From positions 128,001 through 192,000 of the forward strand of contig CAWGIE010000047.1 of NCBI GenBank assembly GCA_963822585.1: a stretch of 64,000 nucleotides of DNA. The letters are read 5' to 3'. Positions 1 to 9,477 of the stretch are shown in pieces (positions within the stretch are counted from its first letter, which is position 1; each line of letters begins with the position of its first letter). This stretch comes from an uncultured bacterium. Its GTDB lineage: Bacteria; Auribacterota; Erginobacteria; Erginobacterales; Erginobacteraceae. The notes below the pieces were generated by a model, which did not search any database, was not told the origin of the DNA, and saw only the letters and a list, made by a program, of their open reading frames with translations. The translations under genes and the position numbers were made by a program.

Positions 1-2
1 GG

Positions 3-1637
3 TGGGGAGCCTGGAGCGATACCGGGGATACCGGCGGGGGGATAGTCTGGAGCCTCGCCTGGGACGGTATCGACACCCTGTACGCCGGATGCGACAACGG
101 CCACGTCTATTCAAGGGCTGTAGGTGGAAGCTGGAGCGACACCGGGGATACCGGCGGCGGTAAAGTCCATAGCCTCGCCTGGGACGGCACCGACACTCTC
201 TGCGCCGGATGTTGGGACGGCCACGTCTATTCCAGGACTGGAGGCGGAGGATGGAGCGACACCGGGGATACCGGCGGGGGGGATGTCTTGAGCCTTGTCT
301 GGAACGGAACCGGCACCCTGTTCGCCGGATGCGACAGCGGCCACGTCTATTCCAGGGCTGGAGGGGGAAGCTGGAGCGACACCGGGGATACCGGCGGTGG
401 TAAAGTCCATAGCCTCGCCTGGGACGCGAGCGGCACCCTATACGCCGGATGCTTTCTTGGGGTGTTCAAGGGCGCGCCGTCGCCGCCTCCGTCGCCATCA
501 CCTACTGCAACACCCTCGGTGACGCCGACTGTGCCTCCTTCACCATCACCAACGGTTACACCCTCGGCCACCCTTCCTCCAACACCGCCGCCGACCCACA
601 CACCGACTCCTCCGCCGACTATTCCGCCCACGCGCACACCGACGCCACCTCCGGCCACCGCGACACCGACACCACGGGCGACCATGACCATGACTCCGCC
701 GCCGCCCAGCCGGACACCCACGCCGACTCCTCCGGCCACCGCGACACCGACACCACGGGCGACCATGACCATGACTCCGCCGCCGCCCAGCCGGACAACC
801 ACGCCGACTCCTTCGGCAACCGCGACCCCGACGCCTGCCGCGACATCAGCCATGACGCCCACACCGACCTGCGGACCGACCGTGGCTCCGGCCGGATACG
901 TTATCGATTCGGGAGACTATGACGGTGACGGGACCAGTGAGATCGCCATCTTCCGGCCCGGTTCCGGTCTCTGGGCGGTCCGGGGATTAACCAGGGCATA
1001 TTTCGGACGGATTGCCGATCTGCCGGCCTCCGGCGATTACAATGGAGACGGGATAACGGATATCGCGATTTTCCGGGAAAGTACCGGCCTCTGGGCGGTC
1101 CGGGGATTGAGCAGGGCATATTTCGGAACCGTGGGCGAGTTCCCGGTACCGGGAGATTATGATGGTGACGGCAGTTGCGACATCACAATCTTCAATGACG
1201 TCTCCGGCCTCTGGGCGATCAGGGAGTTCACCCGGATCTATTTCGGGACCGGGGGGGACCGGCCGATACCCGGCGACTACGATGGAGACAACACCTGGGA
1301 GATGGCCGTCTTCCGGCCCTTATCCGGCCTCTGGGCGGTCCGGGGGTTGACCAGAACGTACTTCGGCGGTGATGACGACTGGCCCATTGCCGCGGATTAC
1401 TCCGGCGACGGGAGCTGTCAAATCGGCATCTTCCGGCCCTGTACCGGCCTCTGGGCGCTGAGGGGGTTGACCCGGATCTACTTCGGAAGATGCACCGATT
1501 GGCCCCAACCCGCCGACTATGACGGAAGCGGAGCTGACAGTATCGGCATCTTCCGAGGAGCATCCGGACTGTGGGCGGTTCGTGGAGTCACCCGTCTCTA
1601 CTTTGGAGGCAGCAGCGATCTCCCGGCAACCAGATAA
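3..1637 (+). CDS. Surface protein, 5'-truncated by window: 40-aa beta-propeller-like repeats, Pro/Thr linker, C-terminal FG-GAP/VCBS repeat module
   Basis: Frame of ORF 288..1637 is open from base 3 (WGAWSDTGDTGGGIVWSLAWDG...); 120-nt repeats; PT-rich linker; GDYDGDGxxDIAIFR..GLWAVRG.TR.YFG repeats ending PATR. Confidence 0.85.
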   Translation, partial: WGAWSDTGDTGGGIVWSLAWDGIDTLYAGCDNGHVYSRAVGGSWSDTGDTGGGKVHSLAWDGTDTLCAGCWDGHVYSRTGGGGWSDTGDTGGGDVLSLVWNGTGTLFAGCDSGHVYSRAGGGSWSDTGDTGGGKVHSLAWDASGTLYAGCFLGVFKGAPSPPPSPSPTATPSVTPTVPPSPSPTVTPSATLPPTPPPTHTPTPPPTIPPTRTPTPPPATATPTPRATMTMTPPPPSRTPTPTPPATATPTPRATMTMTPPPPSRTTTPTPSATATPTPAATSAMTPTPTCGPTVAPAGYVIDSGDYDGDGTSEIAIFRPGSGLWAVRGLTRAYFGRIADLPASGDYNGDGITDIAIFRESTGLWAVRGLSRAYFGTVGEFPVPGDYDGDGSCDITIFNDVSGLWAIREFTRIYFGTGGDRPIPGDYDGDNTWEMAVFRPLSGLWAVRGLTRTYFGGDDDWPIAADYSGDGSCQIGIFRPCTGLWALRGLTRIYFGRCTDWPQPADYDGSGADSIGIFRGASGLWAVRGVTRLYFGGSSDLPATR

Positions 1638-1665
1638 AACGAGAATCATTCAGGAATGGATGAAG

Positions 1666-1694
1666 AAAAGGCGGCTCCGGAAGGGGCCGCTTTT
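1666..1694 (+). terminator. Probable intrinsic terminator (possibly bidirectional)
   Basis: aaaaggcggctcc-ggaa-ggggccgctttt hairpin about 30 nt after the stop codon. Confidence 0.6.
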
Positions 1695-1701
1695 AAATTC
1701 G

Positions 1702-1862
1702 GGTCGGACCACGGTATTTCGTTGATTGATAGACAATTAGCTCGAAAATAGCCCCGAAAATTGGTCTTAGAGGCGTTTTTTTATACCCAAAAAGCGCTTC
1801 TAAGGCTCTTTTACTGCCCTGATTAACCATTTTTTCCATTTTCAAACCGGGCCATTCCGACC
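1702..1862. repeat. 161-bp dispersed element copy 1 (GGTCGGA...TCCGACC termini, internal hairpin)
   Basis: Closely similar to 5796-5956; diverged copy at 3230-3397. Confidence 0.8.
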
Positions 1863-2057
1863 GCCGGGAATGATTCCCCCTTTTTAACTTTCTCGCTTTT
1901 CCTCCAGAGGCGGACCAGCGAATGTCTACGATCTCTTTCGATCCGGTAGACCTTTATGACGGACGTCAAAATTAACGGGAAAGCGGGAAAATTGATATGC
2001 CGGAATGAATATGATATGATCATCAAGTTGGCCTAACCCCAACCGAAAAATGGTCAT

Positions 2058-2804
2058 ATGCAATTCGTGATCCAGGAATTCCGTTCCGCCGGCAAGCCCG
2101 ATCAGAAGCGGTATTATCTCCGGCTGGATAAATACGGTGTTTTGCAGGGCTGGGCGGTACCGAAGGGGCTACCGGGAAAGGGCGATAAGCAGCGGCTGGC
2201 TATTGAGGTCGGTCCGATCAAGCAGGAAGCGGCTCGATTCGAGGGGGGAGTGCAGAAGAGTACATTCGGACCGGGTACGATCTCTATATTTGATCAGGGG
2301 GAGTACCGTTTCCATTCATGGACTGAGGACAGGATCATCTTTAAACTTTCCGGCTCCCGGGTGAAGGGATCATTCGCTCTTGTCCATTTTCCCAAGGGCG
2401 GCCCGAGGCACTGGCTGCTGGAGCAGACACATAATGGTCCAGACACTATCCCGTCACCAATTAAGTCACCAATAGTCGGGATAAAACCGGCAAGGACGGC
2501 ATCGGCCCATCGGAACAAACCGCGGAAAACCTCTCGCCAACGGAAAATGCCGCGCCCGGCATCGATCCCACGGAAGAAGCCGCAGAGAATATCGATTCAT
2601 CAGGAAAGGCCGGAGACGATATATAGAAAACCACCCGGAATAAAACAACTATTAGCAAGAAGAAGGAAAATAAGATTCCCCCGCCGCAATAAAGCTTCCT
2701 TCCGCACGGGTTATACAGCCGGCGATTGGCGGCTGCTCATAACCTTTATCCTGATCGGCCTCATTGCGTTAGTGGTCCTGGTTGTCCTGATTAATCTAAG
2801 GTAA
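2058..2804 (+). CDS. LigD 3'-phosphoesterase-like domain (degenerate active site) + basic linker + C-terminal TM helix
   Basis: FVIQE..YYLRLD..GVLQGWAVPKG..LAIEV..FEG..FGPGTISIFDQG..HWLL aligns to PE domain; hydrophobic C-terminus. Confidence 0.8.
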   Translation: MQFVIQEFRSAGKPDQKRYYLRLDKYGVLQGWAVPKGLPGKGDKQRLAIEVGPIKQEAARFEGGVQKSTFGPGTISIFDQGEYRFHSWTEDRIIFKLSGSRVKGSFALVHFPKGGPRHWLLEQTHNGPDTIPSPIKSPIVGIKPARTASAHRNKPRKTSRQRKMPRPASIPRKKPQRISIHQERPETIYRKPPGIKQLLARRRKIRFPRRNKASFRTGYTAGDWRLLITFILIGLIALVVLVVLINLR

Positions 2805-2941
2805 AAGAGCCGGTCTTAGTTTTTTCGTTACCTCGTCACATCCGCCTCTTTTCAAAACCGCCATTTCGACCGCCGGGGAATGATTCCCTCTTTTTAACTT
2901 TCTCGCTTTTCATCCAGAGGCGGATAGACAAGAGCTTGGCA

Positions 2942-3033
2942 CACAGACAGGAATGTCTGTGCTACTTTGGGCGCACACAGACAGGAATGTCTGTGCTACT
3001 TTGGGCGCACACAGACAGGAATGTCTGTGCTAC
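2942..3033. repeat. REP array, 3 copies
   Basis: CACAGACA-GGAA-TGTCTGTG-CTAC; reverse complement begins GTAG. Confidence 0.9.
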
Positions 3034-3229
3034 CTTGGGAGCGAAGCGCGAAAGCGAGAAATGCCCGGGGGAGTCTATTGGTACTGAAATCGTATCTTTG
3101 CCGGAGCCGGAATTTCGCGGGGGGAGGGGGGGGATGTGCTTTTAATAAAAATCGGGCCGGAATCCCTCGATAAGTCAATAATTGAAGATAAAATGTGCCA
3201 CCCCGAAAAGCTTCGCCTGGTAAACCCGG

Positions 3230-3397
3230 GGTCGGACCTACCCAACTAATTGAATATTAAAAGGTTGTCTAAAAATACCCCCCTGATTTTAAGCTTAGAG
3301 GCCCAATTTTGGCCGCAAAATTGCCGCTCTAAGACTATTTCCTTCCCCGTTAGATCATTCCCCCCACTTTTTTAAATCAAAACCAGCCATTTCGACC
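3230..3397. repeat. Diverged 168-bp copy of the GGTCGGA...TTCGACC element
   Basis: Same termini, CTTAGAG...CTCTAAG hairpin, same AAACCnGCCATTTCGACCGCCGG right end. Confidence 0.6.
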
Positions 3398-3481
3398 GCC
3401 GGTACTCCTTATTTAACACCAGAGGCCAAAGCGTTATATGTTAAATAAGAAACATGGCCTCTGCAGATAGGGCCTCGCCGC

Positions 3482-3515
3482 TGCGGATTTCGGAACAAAG
3501 CAGCCACCCATTCCG
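3482..3515 (+). mobile_element. Possible IS21-family terminal repeat relic (second relic 6053-6078)
   Basis: TGCGGATTTCGG...GCCACCCATTCCG resembles IS21-family ends as I recall them; no istAB present. Confidence 0.35.
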
Positions 3516-3699
3516 CTCACCTCCGGCTATCCCTTATTACACAAAACAGGCAATGCCGGTTTTGTCTAATCAGGGATTTGGTTTTAAAACCCCTATGAGT
3601 AGTACTTCTTTTTATTGCGGGTTACGAGCGGTGAGGATACAATTTTGCCAGAAAGCGTATTTCTAAATAGCAATCCTGCAGCTGTAAAAGGAGCGGGCC

Positions 3700-4530
3700 A
3701 TGGAGATAAAGGAGATAGGAATCTCGAAGATTACCGGGAGTCTCTGCAAGATGAGACTCGAAAAGGACTATGAGGCGGAGGAGATGCTGGCTTCGGTTGA
3801 AGACCGGGGGGTGATGGACCCTCTCAAGGTCAAGAAGGTGAAGGACGGCTACCTGCTCTTCTCCGGGCACCGACGATTAAAAAGTGCCCGGGAGCTGGGG
3901 CATGAGACGATTCAGGCCGAAGTCTGGGAGGGGATCGAAGACCGGGAGGCGGCATTGATGGGCTTCGTGGAGAACATCAACCGCAAGGATTTTACGAGGT
4001 TGGAAGAAGGATACGCCTACCAGAAACTGGTGAAGGATTATAAGTACGCCGTGGACGACCTGGTCAAACCCTGCGGGAAATCACGGGGCCGCATCTACGC
4101 CCTCATCACCCTGGTCAAAAACCTGACCAAGACCATGAAGCAGGCGATCATCGAAGGGAAGATGACATCCGGCCACGCCGAGTGGCTGCTCCGGATCGAG
4201 GACCCGGAACGGCGAGAGCGGCTCTTCCAGATGGTCCTGGCCGGGGAGGTGGATCTCAACGACCTCAAGTACGAGGTCTACCGCCAGAAGCCGGACGAGG
4301 AGAAGAGCGAGCAGGAACTCCAACTCGACATCATCGAGGACATCTGCGAGGAGGATCCAAAAATCCGTTCGTTATGGAACCAGGGGATCGAGGTCCGCCG
4401 TTCCCGGAAGGGCTTGAAGATCACCTTCGACGTCGACGGCCCCCACGATCTTCTCTACAAGCTGAACGTCCTCACCGCCCCGGTTAAGAAGAAGCTCAAC
4501 ATCTTCGACCGGTTCAAAGAGAAGCACTGA
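3700..4530 (+). CDS. ParB/RepB/Spo0J family protein (orphan)
   Basis: GHRRL motif, ENINRKDF, HTH region; RBS aaggag. Confidence 0.85.
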   Translation: MEIKEIGISKITGSLCKMRLEKDYEAEEMLASVEDRGVMDPLKVKKVKDGYLLFSGHRRLKSARELGHETIQAEVWEGIEDREAALMGFVENINRKDFTRLEEGYAYQKLVKDYKYAVDDLVKPCGKSRGRIYALITLVKNLTKTMKQAIIEGKMTSGHAEWLLRIEDPERRERLFQMVLAGEVDLNDLKYEVYRQKPDEEKSEQELQLDIIEDICEEDPKIRSLWNQGIEVRRSRKGLKITFDVDGPHDLLYKLNVLTAPVKKKLNIFDRFKEKH

Positions 4531-4548
4531 AATTGCTTGACCAAACCA

Positions 4549-4569
4549 CCAGTCCTGCCGCAGGACTGG
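4549..4569 (+). terminator. Hairpin downstream of parB-like gene
   Basis: ccagtcctg-ccg-caggactgg; weak U-tail. Confidence 0.45.
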
Positions 4570-4713
4570 CCATTTCGTCAGGTAATTTATTATTTCCTAT
4601 CTACCTGTTGCCCAGCCGGTAACATTTATTGCTAGTTCAGGGCATATTGTTTCCTCCCCGATGTTCCTCATTTTCGTGTTTAACATATCCCTTTATAAAG
4701 GCAGGTTAAGGAA

Positions 4714-4901
4714 GCTGTCCAATAATTCGGATTTTACGTCATTGCGAGCCCGAAGGGCGAAGCAATCTATTTCATCTTTCATCATTACTTATTACTTCGC
4801 ATTTACAATAATGAGATTGCTTCGTCGCGTAGTCTACCCCGATTTATCGGGGCTCCTCGCAATGACCCTAAATTTTGACAAAATAGCCTTTATCGGACAG
4901 C
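4714..4901. repeat. Nested palindromic/MITE-like elements
   Basis: Outer GCTGTCC...GGACAGC; inner GTCATTGCGAG..GAAGCAATCT...AGATTGCTTC..CTCGCAATGAC (4738-4866); half copy at about 18539-18612. Confidence 0.6.
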
Positions 4902-5012
4902 CACTAAAAACTGGGGCTATCGTAGTTTCACATAGCCTTGTATAAACGCAGGCTAAAGTTTGCCTGCCGACGGTCCGGCCTGGGGATACCATATATGTAT
5001 TCAAGCGTACGC

Positions 5013-5297
5013 TTAAGCTATCTTTATCTGGAGGCGTTTTCCCAGGGCCCGGGCAATCTTGACCAGGGTATTGAGGGTAATGCTGTTATTCCGGGGATCT
5101 TCAATGCGTGAAATCGTCTGTTGCGTGGTCCCGACCATGTGAGCCAGTTCATTCTGGCTCCATCCCTTCTGTTCCCTCAAGCGGGCTATAGTAATGGCCA
5201 TATTCGCGTAGATTTCCTCTTCCTCAAACGCCTTCCGGAACTCCCGGTTTCCCAGGTCCTTCTGCAGCCGTTTTTTAAAGCTTCTCACGCCTTTCAT
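5013..5297 (-). CDS. XRE-family HTH antitoxin (HigA-like)
   Basis: LREQKGWSQNELAHMVGTTQQTISRIE; downstream of RelE-like toxin. Confidence 0.85.
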   Translation of the reverse strand: MKGVRSFKKRLQKDLGNREFRKAFEEEEIYANMAITIARLREQKGWSQNELAHMVGTTQQTISRIEDPRNNSITLNTLVKIARALGKRLQIKIA

Positions 5298-5314
5298 TTC
5301 ATATGATCCTAGCG

Positions 5315-5677
5315 TTATAGATCTATTAATCCTTTATTAAGTCTTGAAAGAAAATTTAATCTCATAGACTCAGCTCTATTGATTTCATTTTCAGGTATTT
5401 TGTCCGACTTTTTCTTAATTCCATGAGTAATGATAATATTCTTATCATGGAAAAAGTAAAAGAAGCGGTATCGAATATTGCCGAAGCGTATTCGCAATTC
5501 TCTTATTTTCCCCCGGACTGCATCGGCATAAGGCCGGGGCAAATCGGGTCCTTCCTCCTCAAGTTTGCTAATCCACTTGGCGATTTTCGCCCGTTCTTTT
5601 GTCGGTAATGAATCGTAAAAATCTTCAGCCGGAGATTTCCCCGTTTCGGATTCAAAAAATAAAACACGATAATTCAC
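5315..5677 (-). CDS. RelE/ParE-family toxin (HigB/Gp49-like)
   Basis: GPDLPRPY..GKIRELRI..YRFFYFF..ITHGIKKKSDKIP. Confidence 0.85.
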   Translation of the reverse strand: MNYRVLFFESETGKSPAEDFYDSLPTKERAKIAKWISKLEEEGPDLPRPYADAVRGKIRELRIRFGNIRYRFFYFFHDKNIIITHGIKKKSDKIPENEINRAESMRLNFLSRLNKGLIDL

Positions 5678-5693
5678 TATCCGATCCCTATGG

Positions 5694-5719
5694 TTACACT
5701 ATTAATGGTGTAATGTCAA
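5694..5719 (-). promoter_or_regulatory. higBA-like promoter (-35 TTGACA) with palindromic operator
   Basis: TTACACTATTAATGGTGTAA near-perfect palindrome adjacent to TGTCAA. Confidence 0.6.
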
Positions 5720-5795
5720 GTTGGTTTTTATAAGAGACAATCAGTAACAACATCAAATGATTTCTCTTCCGGTATAAACCTCCTCGTAAATTCAG

Positions 5796-5956
5796 GGTCG
5801 GACCACGGTAATTCGTTGATTGATAGATAATTAACTCGAAAATAGCCCCAAAAATTGGCCTTAGCGGCGTTTTTTTGATGTCGAAAATCGCTTCTAAAGC
5901 TCTTTTACTGCCCTGATTAACCATTTTTTCCATTTTCAAACCGGGCTATTTCGACC
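5796..5956. repeat. 161-bp dispersed element copy 2
   Basis: Collinear with 1702-1862. Confidence 0.8.
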
Positions 5957-5992
5957 ACTGGGAACGATTTTTCTTTTTTCCCTTTCTTGCCT

Positions 5993-6047
5993 CACAGACA
6001 GGAATGTCTGTGTTAGCTTGCCTCACAGACAGGAATGTCTGTGTCAC
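5993..6047. repeat. REP array, 2 copies
   Basis: Same 20-nt hairpin. Confidence 0.85.
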
Positions 6048-6157
6048 CTTGGTGCGGATTTCGGAGTAAAGTGGCACCTAGTCAGTATTCAAAACCAGCT
6101 ATTTAGCCCGACGGAAAATACCGGTTTCCGACACTGCAACAATTAAGAATTTTTATA

Positions 6158-6197
6158 TTGACCGGTATAACCGATCAATTGTATGGTTTAACCGATC
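6158..6197 (+). promoter_or_regulatory. MNT-HEPN promoter with tandem operator repeats
   Basis: TTGACC -35; GGTATAACCGATC and GGTTTAACCGATC direct repeats just before the ATG. Confidence 0.5.
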
Positions 6198-6200
6198 GTT

Positions 6201-6788
6201 ATGACAATGCTGCCAGAAATACTATCTTCACGAGTACGAGCTGAAATATTTCGGATTTTATTTTCCGATGGGAATTCCGAGCTTCATGCCCGGGAAATCC
6301 AACGGCGTTCCGGCATGAGCATCGCGGCCGTGCAGGATGAGCTGAAGAAACTTGACAGGCTGGGCCTCATTAACATGCGGCATTCGGGCAATCGGGTATA
6401 CTATCGATCCAATCAAGAGCACCCTCTTTACAGGGAAATTCATAACCTGGTTTTGAAGACTTGCGGTCTTTCCGATCAATTGAAAGAAGCTCTTCAAGAT
6501 ACACCGATCCGGATTGCTTTTATTTTCGGTTCGATCGCAAATGGAACCGAAAAAGCCGGGAGCGATGTTGATCTGATCGTGATCGGCGATATCGGTCTGA
6601 GGGAGTTATCCGGCCTGTTGGCAGGGGTAATGGAAAAGATAGAGAGAGAGATTAACCCCCACGTTTTTTCCCCAGAGGAATTCTCCCGCCGCTTATCTGA
6701 TAAAGATCCCTTTCTGGGCCGGGTGATTTCCGCCCCGAAATTATTCATCAAGGGGAATGAAAATGACCTTGGAGCAATGGGCGAATAA
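6201..6788 (+). CDS. wHTH + minimal nucleotidyltransferase (MNT antitoxin)
   Basis: FIFGSIANG..GSDVDLIVIG pol-beta motif; N-terminal HTH. Confidence 0.85.
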   Translation: MTMLPEILSSRVRAEIFRILFSDGNSELHAREIQRRSGMSIAAVQDELKKLDRLGLINMRHSGNRVYYRSNQEHPLYREIHNLVLKTCGLSDQLKEALQDTPIRIAFIFGSIANGTEKAGSDVDLIVIGDIGLRELSGLLAGVMEKIEREINPHVFSPEEFSRRLSDKDPFLGRVISAPKLFIKGNENDLGAMGE

Positions 6789-7206
6789 TTCCTGGTTGCG
6801 AAGCCACGCGGCCGACCGCAAAGAAATCGCGGACCTCTTCAGCATCATCGACCGCGACTTGAAGGATGCCGCCGAAACCGAACTCTCGGTGGATTGGCGC
6901 TTCGGGATCGCCTACAACGCGGTTTTAACTTTATGCTCTGTTCTTCTTCATTCCGCGGGCTACCGTCCGGGCAAGGGCAGCTTGGGGCATTATTACACCC
7001 TGGCCGCTCTGGGTGAAATAATGGATGGGAAGAAGGGGGATATTGAATATCTTCAGGCCTGCCGGACGAAACGGAACACGGTCGAATACGATTACGCGGG
7101 GGGAACGACGGATTCCGAGGCTCGGGAATTGCTGGAATACGCCCGGAAATTGAGGAACGACGTTATAACCTGGTTGCGGGTCAACCATCCCGAATTAATG
7201 CCCTGA
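6757..7206 (+). CDS. HEPN-domain protein (putative toxin)
   Basis: Overlaps MNT gene; AYNA, HYYT, RTKRNTVEYD HEPN-like motifs. Confidence 0.75.
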   Translation: MKMTLEQWANNSWLRSHAADRKEIADLFSIIDRDLKDAAETELSVDWRFGIAYNAVLTLCSVLLHSAGYRPGKGSLGHYYTLAALGEIMDGKKGDIEYLQACRTKRNTVEYDYAGGTTDSEARELLEYARKLRNDVITWLRVNHPELMP

Positions 7207-7637
7207 TTTTCGGTGATCATGATGCAGGGGACGATGTTACTTTGTTGCGTGATTACTTCCTGGTCAAACCCCACCTAAGCATCATTTTCACTTTCTTGCT
7301 TTTCCTCCAGAGGCGGACAGGCGCGCGTCTAAGACCTCCATAGATCCGGCAATACTTCATGACGGACGGCAGAATTGACGGGTCCGGGATCCGGCAGAAC
7401 TGACGGGAAAGCGAGAAAGTGTATTAATACGTTTCATCATTTTTTGCCCGATTCAGCAGCCATAGATTTGTAATCAAAGCTTCTCAGTCGCTTTTTTCCC
7501 AAAAGGGGACATTTCGACCGCCGGGGAAAGGGCAGGGGGAAGGGATAAGGGGTAAGGGAGAAGGGTGAAGATACAATTTTCTGAACGAAAGGGTTCCTGA
7601 ATAAAGCGGTGTCAACTGCGAAAATGAAGGCCGCCCC

Positions 7638-9338
7638 TTATTCTTCCAGAACCCGGAGAACCATGAGGGTAATGTCGTCAAACTGCGGCTGGGCGCCGGC
7701 GAAGGCTTTCACTTCATCCTGAACTTTTCGGATGATTTCCCGGGCCGCCAGGTCGCGGTTCCGGTGCACTACCTCAAACAGGCGTTCTTGTCCAAACTGC
7801 TCCTTAGCCGCGTTGATCGCCTCGGTGACCCCATCGGTGAAAAGCACCACCAGGTCTCCGGTCTCCAGCTTGATCTCCTCCTCCTGAAGAGTGATATCTT
7901 CCAGCACGCCCAGGGCGATCCCCTTCGCCTTCAGCAGGACGAGGTCGCCCGGGGAGTCCCGGATCAGGAGAGGAGGATTGTGGCCGGCGTTGACGTAACG
8001 GAGCGTTCGCCGGGCGGAGTCTAAAATGGCGTAGAATAGGGTGACGAACATACTCGATCTGGCGTCGACCAGGATCAGATCATTGGCCCGGCGGATCGCC
8101 TCGGAAGGGGAGGAGTTCTCGGTAGTCGTGGCCCGCACCAGCGTCCGAGAGACGGCCATGAATAACGCCGCCGGCACTCCTTTCCCGGAGACATCGGCGA
8201 TCACGAGTCCCCATTCGTCCTTCCCCACCGGGATGAAATCGTAAAAGTCCCCTCCCACTTCTTTTGCCGACAGGTTGGAAGCGGCGATCTCCATCCCCTT
8301 CAGGTCCGGCACCGTCTCCGGGAGAAAGCTTTGCTGGATCCCGTGGGCTATCTCCAGTTCCTTCTCCAGGCGCTCTTTTTCCGCGGTGGTGCGCCGCAGC
8401 TCGACGGTATAGGTCTGCAAATCCGAGGCCATCGTGTTGAATGACCGGCCCAGCTCCTCGAGCTCGTCCCCCGTCTTTACCTCGACCCGGTGGTCAAGTT
8501 CCCCTTGCCCCAGTATCTTCGCTCCCCGGGAAAGAAGCAGGATCGGTCTCGTGATCCGCAGGGAGAGGGAAAAGGAGAGTATGACCACGATTATCACCAG
8601 CAGCAGGAAGGAGATCAGGATGACCCGCCGGGTGGCGGCAAGCCCCCGGTCTACCTTGCGGGCGGCCGCGGCGGTCGCGGCGGCGATCTCCCGGCGAGTC
8701 TTCTCGACCGGCCGCAGGAACTCGTCGATGTAGGTGGTCGCGCCGACCTTCCAGTTCGTCCCCGCCACCCGGACGTGATAGAGATATTTGTCCCGGGTGA
8801 CCCTATCGGCGTCTTCCCACCGGTAATAACCGCCGCCGGGCTCAGGCTTCTTCATCTTCTGGATCAGCGCGTAGAAGTCAGGCAATTTCTCCTTCAGATC
8901 ATCCATGTCGGAGCCGATGATCCTGGGATTGGAGTGGAAGATGTTAATCCCCTCCGAATCCAGGACCGAGGTGTAGCCGCTTTCTCCAACCGGCTGGACC
9001 GCGATATCGGCCAGGGTCGGGTCACTCTTGAGTTCAGCCAGCGTCTTGCCGGGATGGGCGGCGATGTAGGTCTCCATCTGCCGGGCTACGTCACGGGCTT
9101 TCTGCTCGATCATCTGCCGGCCCAGGTTTTCCAGCGCCCGGGTGCTATCTTCCGCCGCCGCGGTCCCCAGCGAAGTGCTGCCGGCCAGAGCGTCCTCGCC
9201 CATTCGCCTCAGATTTCTCATCCCGATATATCCGAAAACCACCAACGAGATGACCGACAGGCCCAGGAAGGCCGTGAGCAATTTGGCCCGGATGCTGAAC
9301 CTGATCCCGTCTCTTTCTATGCGTTCGCTTTTCATCAT
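7638..9338 (-). CDS. Membrane SpoIIE/RsbU PP2C phosphatase with Cache and HAMP domains
   Basis: VGGDFYD, IADVSGKG, NAGHNPP, FTDGVTE, DDITL; two TM helices; start placed at MMKSER after ggag. Confidence 0.9.
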   Translation of the reverse strand: MMKSERIERDGIRFSIRAKLLTAFLGLSVISLVVFGYIGMRNLRRMGEDALAGSTSLGTAAAEDSTRALENLGRQMIEQKARDVARQMETYIAAHPGKTLAELKSDPTLADIAVQPVGESGYTSVLDSEGINIFHSNPRIIGSDMDDLKEKLPDFYALIQKMKKPEPGGGYYRWEDADRVTRDKYLYHVRVAGTNWKVGATTYIDEFLRPVEKTRREIAAATAAAARKVDRGLAATRRVILISFLLLVIIVVILSFSLSLRITRPILLLSRGAKILGQGELDHRVEVKTGDELEELGRSFNTMASDLQTYTVELRRTTAEKERLEKELEIAHGIQQSFLPETVPDLKGMEIAASNLSAKEVGGDFYDFIPVGKDEWGLVIADVSGKGVPAALFMAVSRTLVRATTTENSSPSEAIRRANDLILVDARSSMFVTLFYAILDSARRTLRYVNAGHNPPLLIRDSPGDLVLLKAKGIALGVLEDITLQEEEIKLETGDLVVLFTDGVTEAINAAKEQFGQERLFEVVHRNRDLAAREIIRKVQDEVKAFAGAQPQFDDITLMVLRVLEE

Positions 9339-9477
9339 CTCCGGCAACAAATTCCGCGCCGCAAAAGGCCTTATTCCTCCATTATGGCCACGTGCCTCCT
9401 TACGAAAGGTGGGTCTGCTCATGGGGAATGTTATCAAAGCGGCTATCAGGAACTCAATGATAACGTTGCACGAGCGC

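Noticed and set aside
3409..3449. dif/Xer site (ATATGTTAAAT resembles the XerD arm)
   Set aside because: No XerC arm at 6-bp spacing; it is a widely spaced inverted repeat.
1702..7527. Classical integron cassette array
   Set aside because: No intI, and the repeats lack RYYYAAC/GTTRRRY attC boxes.
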